A stretch of DNA of 63,594 bases, filler included, from Intoshia linei (lineage: Eukaryota; Animalia; Orthonectida): the NCBI GenBank assembly GCA_001642005.1. It is 4 parts of 4 records of this genome, joined end to end, with 100 filler letters (N's around TTAATTAATTAA, not from the genome) between each part and the next. Parts side by side here need not be neighbours in the genome. Positions count along the whole stretch, not along the records: positions 40,565 to 59,009 come from LWCA01000772.1; positions 59,110 to 63,594 come from LWCA01001925.1; 2 more parts are not named here. One strand, 5' to 3'. How positions within the stretch are numbered: the stretch's first letter is position 1; each line of letters starts with the position of its first letter. The position numbers were made by a program, and so were the translations under genes. The notes below the pieces were generated by a model. The model was not told where the DNA came from, did no database searches, and worked only from the letters and a program-made list of their open reading frames with translations. This document shows positions 57,115 through 63,594 of the stretch, in pieces.

Positions 57115-57822
57115 TTAAAAAATTATGTATAAAAATAGGATGATGAGAGAAGGGTATTGTAAGTGTGCAGAATTGCAAAAGTCATTTGAACAGAAGCAGA
57201 TTTGTCCGTAGCTATTAACAAATTCACGGAAACAACTCTAAATTGTTAATTATGTAATGAAATTTAAAATAGTGAAAGTAAATTGAATTACCACCACCAC
57301 ATTAGGTATATCGATATTAACATCGCTGTAACAGGTTCTAATTATTTCCAATTTTTTTGTTTCTTGAATTTTTGACGTATAAATTAATCTAATCTATATA
57401 CCTGATATGAAAGACCATTTCACACAGTACTGTTGACATTGAATGATTGTGGATTCGGCCATGGTGGTATTAAATGGATCTGTACAGTTGGTGGAATTGT
57501 CTATACTGGAACAGTAGATGCATTTTATTGGTCCTAAAAAGTCATTTTTTTAAAATTTTATCTACATTTATTTATATGAGTTTTCTACAACTTGCTTTAC
57601 TTTATCAATTTAAAAGTATTTAATATTACAGTATAATCAAAATACCTTCACCTTTATGATCAGTAAGATAAATAGCACCTAAAACATAACATTTAAGAAA
57701 TTGAACAACTTACCAGTCATTAAAAATAGCACTGCTAAGATTACACAAACATACAAATTTTTTAATGTTGTGTAAACAACGGGGTCAATAATAATGGCAT
57801 AAAATTTGGTAATTAATTTCAT
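57115..57822 (-). CDS. Quiver/sleepless-like Ly6/uPAR three-finger protein, probably GPI-anchored
   Basis: Hydrophobic leader, then IKCIYCSS...NCTDPF...CQQYCVKW...IIRTC...SCFRE...ICFCSNDFCNSA and a hydrophobic tail LIILFLYIIF*. Ten-cysteine pattern ending CN. Further upstream exons (to ~58170) are possible. Confidence 0.85.
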
Positions 57823-58917
57823 TGCTCTAAAATTTAATTACATTAATTGTACTATAATGGTATACTTACATAAATTCGAGTAAATGATGTAATTTAATAA
57901 ATCACAACCTGAAACCACAGCACATATCAGGTTACATCTATATATTAACATTAAAGTCGAAATTATACTTTCAAATTGAGTTCTTTTTGCAGAATGTTAC
58001 AGAAATTTCTGATTTGTTGTACTTAATTAATTAATCGATTAATGTAGTATGGTGGATAGTCAATTAAAATCAAAATCTACGTTTATCATTTACATTCGCG
58101 TAAACAAAAGATTAAGTAGGTGAAAAAGCTATAGTTTAATTGAAAATCAATATAATTTAATTTCGTACCTGCTAAAATAAATATTTTAATTATTATAAAA
58201 TGCTTTTTTAGTATTTTATCCACGTGGATTTTAATCTAAAGGATACTTGGCTAACAATAAGTAAACATTAATGTTTTTGTATGTATAGTGTGCCTTTTAT
58301 TAGGTTATTTTCGAGGTTCAAAAGTATTTACAAGTCATTTCTTTGTGTCTGTTAATGTATTCATTTTGTAATATGATAATTATTTATTTAAAAATCAGAT
58401 TTTTGTTAAGTTTCATATACGTTTCATAATTGCAATTATTTTTATTGGAAATCCTATATTATAAACTCAGGTGCTCCAATTTGGCATATTCAAATGGCCT
58501 TTTTTTAATCGATGTAAAATTATATCATAGTTTTGTTGTCAATATTATGCTACATTGTAGTTTTTAAATTTAACTGGGTTATCAAGATTCAAAATTTTAA
58601 GCAATTCAAAACCATAAGTACGTTTTTTTACAACACCGAAAAACGAATTAAACACGTACTATTTTACCAATTTAAGTGGTAGTACCAATTGTATTACTGA
58701 ATTATTAATTATTAAATTAAGTGTAGTTTAGATGCTGATTTTCATTCTTTTGATCGGTAACTGGTTAGTTCGAGGCAAGAATAGAAAAACCTTATAAAAA
58801 ATATAATTTAATTTGAAAATTTCAGCAATACACACAATGTTGATTCAACACATGTCTAGTAGACATTGTCTACAATTCTTCCAAGTTAGTTAAATTGAAT
58901 AACGATTTTATATAAAA

Positions 58918-59009
58918 CTGGGTTGACTGTTCTGTACTACGTACAAACAGCACCCAGCTCTGCCGAGGGCGGACTTATCTAATTCTACCAAAAAAATAAA
59001 TTCAATAAT
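58918..59009 (-). mobile_element. Helitron 3' end (inverted), abutting the gap
   Basis: Reverse complement reads GCCCTCGGCAGAGCTGGGTGCTGTTTGTACGTAGTACAGAACAGTCAAC-CCAG|t. Confidence 0.7.
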
Positions 59010-59109
59010 NNNNNNNNNNNNNNNNNNNNNNNNNNNNNNNNNNNNNNNNNNNNTTAATTAATTAANNNNNNNNNNNNNNNNNNNNNNNNNNNNNNNNNNN
59101 NNNNNNNNN
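59010..59109. other. Assembly gap spacer
   Basis: N44-TTAATTAATTAA-N44. Confidence 0.97.
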
Positions 59110-59254
59110 ATTTTTAGGATTGGACTGTTTTTACTTTATTTTTAATATTATAGACACATTCTGGCTAATAAATTAAAGAAATGGGATAACAATTGTTTTT
59201 AATTTCATTTGTTCTTTACGGAAATGTTAACAAACAAAAAATTAAGATGAAATA

Positions 59255-59458
59255 ATTCAGTTTAAAGTAAAAAGTAATGTGATATGATGGTTCCACCTAA
59301 AACAAATTTGGGAACCACTCGTTTAAATGATTGATAATAGTGAATAGTAGGACTTTTAAGTTAGATTTTCAACATGAATTTATTTTTTTGGTATAATAAA
59401 AATGTGCCTTCAGCAGAGCTAGGTGCTGTTTGTACGTAGTACATAACAGTCAAGCTTG
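59255..59458 (+). mobile_element. Helitron 3' module
   Basis: Same hairpin and CTTG|t end; closely similar to 23650-23854 and ~15040-15135. Confidence 0.75.
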
Positions 59459-59642
59459 TAATATATATTTTTAATACTCAATTTGAAAAATGAGGCTCCC
59501 ATTTTACCAAAATTTGGTCTAGACTCCTGAAGATTGATCTCGGGTACAGTAGGTTCGGTACTGACTGTTTGAACGAATCATATTAGAATACAAATACTAT
59601 TATGATGTAATTGTATATTACAATTTGTGATTTTTTATGTAG

Positions 59643-62550
59643 GTATCCCAAAAAAATAAACATACGCTTGATGTGGAAAACACTATAAATAAAACTTTAT
59701 GTAAAGATGTTGAAAAAAAAGATTTGCACATTGAATTAAACCAAGAAAATATTGATAAGATGATAAATGAATTGGATGTTATGCAGACCGATCTTATTGC
59801 AATGAAAAATGAAAAATTTACATTAGAAGAACAATTAAATGAAATATTTTCGTTTATGTCTCCACTAAATTCTAACATTTATCAAAAAAAGATTAGAAAT
59901 TACAAACAAGAATTAATTGACATTGAAAATATTATATACAATTTTTCTGTTAATAAAAATTTCAGCATATAAATCATAGCCTTAAAAACGTTTATCAGAA
60001 TTTGTCTACATTGGATGAAACGCCATGTAACTGACTATATCGTTAATACTATTAATAATAGCTCAATAGGAACACGACAATTTTATTTGAACAAACATTG
60101 ATTGGACATTTCAAAACTTTTAATTATATTATTATCGCCATTTATATATGTTCAATGAACATTGTTCATATTACAGTATAGTATGAACATGATCAAAACC
60201 TGGTTCGTTAATGTTCATATAGAACAGAATTGACTGTACTAATGATTTTAAAAATTATCCCACAATTAATGTTTTTTAAATCCTAAGACTCATTTTATTT
60301 TTAAAGAAAATGGTATTTTAGGTTTTTAACCATGAGGTTCTTAATTTCTGAAATTAATGTGTATTTTTAAATATGAACTATAGAAACATAACTGATTCAC
60401 GGTATTCTAGAAAATAACCGCATTGTATTTTATAAAAATTGTCTGGTAGTTAAACTTACAACTTGTATAATGTACATTGTACAAGTGATGTTAGTGTTAT
60501 TAATCAATCGATATATCTTAGATATTAACAATTTGGTGTATATTTCTATAGTATATTGCTAATAGCGAAAAAAAATTAAAAACAATTAACAACATAACAA
60601 TACATCAACATTTTCAAGAGCATTCATATTATTTTGGCGCATTTTCAGCAATATCTAAGTTTCATATATATAAATTGTAAAATTCGATATACAAGATATT
60701 ACTTGTTTACCTTTCTAACTCAATCGGACCGAGTTTTTTTAAAATTGATGATAATGTAATTTTATAAAGTTAATTTAATTTATTATACTTTGGAATGTTG
60801 TTCAACAGTACATAACATAATTTCATACATTTTTTTAATACATATATTTTTTAAGTTTGATACATTACTTTTCTTGGTACGGTGTTTACTAGGGGTGTGA
60901 ACAAATTTTTATATAAAAAGTGCACCCTTCCACCATATGAACATTTTGAAAATATTCAATTTGCACTAATCTTACCTCTCAACTGTTAAAAAACCCTGGG
61001 GAATCGCCTCTAAAGTTTTAAACAATATATCGTTCACATTAACTAATATATGATAATTTTCTCAAAAATATTATTTTAAATATAAAATTTTTTATACAAA
61101 TAGCTATAAAGGTGCACAAAATTATCGTCTAGCGAATCATTAACGCCGAATTGATAAAAAAACCGATTCCAATGAGAAAACTGAATAAATATAAAATAAA
61201 TTGAAAATTAATTGTTATGGAAATAATTATTACTATGAAATTTAGTATACAAAATAAGTTAAATTTTGCTCAGTATTCATATTTTAAAGTGCTTTGCCCC
61301 AGGGTTTTTTTAATCCTTTTTATATGATTTTTTGATAATTGTGTATCATTCAACACCATCTTCCACGTATGGGGTGGCACTTTTGTATTTTCGCAAAAAA
61401 GTGAAAAAATTCACACCCTAGTGTTTAAATTTATAAAAAAAATAGCAATAATTTTTTTGTTTGTTAATACATTTATGAAAGATTCTATTTTCCTTTAATC
61501 AATTTTTAAGTAAATCCATCATATTCAATATATCTCAAAGTGATATAATAACCATACTTATATGTTAATACATGTACATTTTATAGTAAATAATCAATGA
61601 TCATTGAATAAATGTAATATCTTTAATAATTTTATGGATATTTTTGTTATTTTCTTTAATTATGATTCTGAGAATAAGACTTAATTAGATTGTATATTTT
61701 AGGCCTGTAAAAGAACTTTTTTGTTATTATGACAAATGCAGAATCAAATCAACTAATATGCTAAACTTTAAACAACACATACAATGTCATAGGTGGGGAT
61801 TAAATAACCAATGTTTGTGGGATAAATGCAAATGTTTAGTGAAATTTGGTTGTATTCGCATATTTCATAGACATCTAGTGTAATATTATTATAATTACTA
61901 TCATTGTTAACAAAACGATCTTATTGAATTGACGACCAATTGAATATTATAATTATAGCTTACATATTTCGCAAGATGTATCATATTGTCCGTTTGACAA
62001 TTGTCGCCTATTGATAAAAAATTATGGCCTTCCAACTCATTTAAGGTTTATAAATTTTTGATATGGTTAAATTTTAAAATTCTTAGAACAAAACATGCAA
62101 TATTTGAAGAGGGAATCATTGAAATAATGTAAATTAAAGTTAAATTTAAACTCAATAATCACCCTTGTAGGAGAAACACATATAGTGGAAAAAGTGATTA
62201 TGTACTAAACCCAGAAACATTCAATTGTGTAATTATAATTGTGCTGTTTGTTATATATTTATTATTGTTATGTTATATATGTTAGGATTCAAAACATTTG
62301 TATATCGATGCATTGTAATTATTATTGCATTTACTTTTATTATAAATTACAATTTTGTAATGTTTTATAGGGAATATCATATGAACCAAAGAGACCTAAA
62401 ACAATTAAACAAACTAAAAATATGATTACATCACAAGATTCACGAGAAATGGAACAGTATATATATTATGATAGTGATTGCTTTAATTTTGAACGTTTCA
62501 TAAAGACATGGAATAATAACTTGAATTCGGTTATTTCTATTATTTATTAG
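59643..62550 (+). CDS. Coiled-coil plus C2H2 zinc-finger protein, multi-exon, 5' end incomplete
   Basis: Coiled-coil exon from 59643. Phase-compatible exons give ...AISK|PVKELFCYYDKCRIKSTNMLNFKQHIQCH (C-x4-C-x12-H-x3-H) and YCPFDNCRLLIKNYGLPTHLR|TKH. Last exon 62371-62550. Linkage of the coiled-coil exon to the fingers is not fully resolved. Confidence 0.6.
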
Positions 62551-62808
62551 TTATATAAGGGTGGCCCAAAGCGTGGACCGCGAAATTGCTAGTAATATAT
62601 TTTGAAAACCGTTGATTACAGAAATATCATAATTATTACCACATTACCTAGCATTTTTTAGCTTTTGGACTATATTTTTTAATGTTGCGACCGCGAAATT
62701 TGTTAAATTTGTTAAATGTTAATACAGTCTAAGACTTAGACTCTAAGTCCTATTTAACAGAATTATTTTAAAAATTAAAATTATTAAATATAGCTATGAA
62801 GGGATATA

Positions 62809-63594
62809 CAGTGCCGTCCAAAATAAACTGGCACTTGTTAAAAAATATTACTTCTTCATAAACAATAATTAAATTCGAAAACATTAAATAATATTTAAAA
62901 TGTAAAAATAAAAATTACTCGTACATCCAAATGAGGAGATTTATTTAAGTGAATACTGTAATTGATGCACAATGTTTTAATTGAAATACAGGCAATTTAA
63001 AAATGATAATGAATTCATTAAAATAAAACAGTCGTGCAAAATAAACTGGCATGTAAATTAAAATTTACATAAATTATAATAAAATGTTGAAATTGTGACC
63101 ATCAATTATATACAATCAAATAAAATAAATTAATACTTTGTAGAAGCTCCTTTACATTTTATTACTGAATTTATTCTTCGACGTATGGATTCATATAAAT
63201 TTTTTATTATGGAAAATTCAATCTTCATCCATTCTTTAACAACAATATCCCACAACCCGGTCAAATTTTGGGGGGCTCTTTTAAACACGTTCCTCTTTAA
63301 TATGAACCACATATTTTCAATAATATTCAAATCTCAACTCTGACTGGGCCAATTATCCAACGTCTCAATATTACTGGTACGTAGAAAATCTTTGGTGGAG
63401 CGAGAATGATGACAGATACCACTATCTTGCTGTAGTATCATATTGGGCTCATAAATATCCCACAATTTTGATATTAATATTTGTTGATACTCATCGGAGT
63501 TTACATTGCCCCGGAATAATTCAATTACCCTGAATCCATTAAATTTAATTGCACCCCACACCATTATCGATTTCGAAAATTTTTGTGATTGAGT
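62809..63594 (-). mobile_element. Tc1-family transposon, 3' end, IR/DR type
   Basis: ta|CAGTGCCGTCCAAAATAAACTGGCA terminus, with an inner repeat CAGTCGTGCAAAATAAACTGGCA at ~63030; adjacent transposase. Confidence 0.9.
63130..63594 (-). pseudogene. Tc1 transposase catalytic domain with an in-frame stop
   Basis: MVWGAI...LQQD...WPSQS*DLNIIENMW...KGASTKY*. TGA at 63334-63336 replaces the P of SPDLN. Confidence 0.88.

Noticed and set aside
63331-63339. In-frame TGA as selenocysteine, readthrough or an alternative genetic code
   Set aside because: It replaces a conserved Pro in a transposon copy; the host exons examined translate with the standard code.

Overview
This is eukaryotic (animal) genomic DNA, not prokaryotic. 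It is very AT-rich and gene-dense, with many tiny GT-AG introns (~35-45 nt) alongside a few introns expanded by transposons. That architecture suggests a compact, fast-evolving invertebrate such as the orthonectid Intoshia (inference only). I spliced the exons by eye and compared them with remembered family motifs; no database search was run. Genes, left to right: TONSL (minus) with an antisense intronic tRNA-Ala(AGC); a tetraspanin (plus); a ~21 kb CCDC162/C6orf183 (DUF4549)-like gene, a CCDC74-like gene, DDX11/ChlR1 and RPS15 (all minus); RNPS1 (plus); a GPI-anchored Quiver/Ly6 three-finger protein (minus); and a C2H2 zinc-finger gene (plus). Introns and intergenic DNA hold non-autonomous Helitrons, many hAT MITEs with 8-bp TSDs, a foldback-like element built of ~29-bp subrepeats, and Chapaev3-like, Tigger/pogo and Tc1 (IR/DR) transposase remnants. 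Three 100-nt N/TTAATTAATTAA/N blocks are assembly spacers. I cannot support a wholly new biological system here. The best leads are the foldback ~29-bp module family, modular Helitrons, a duplicated exon-intron junction carrying nested insertions, a possible CCDC74-CCDC162 co-transcribed pair, and divergent RPS15, RNPS1 and TONSL proteins.
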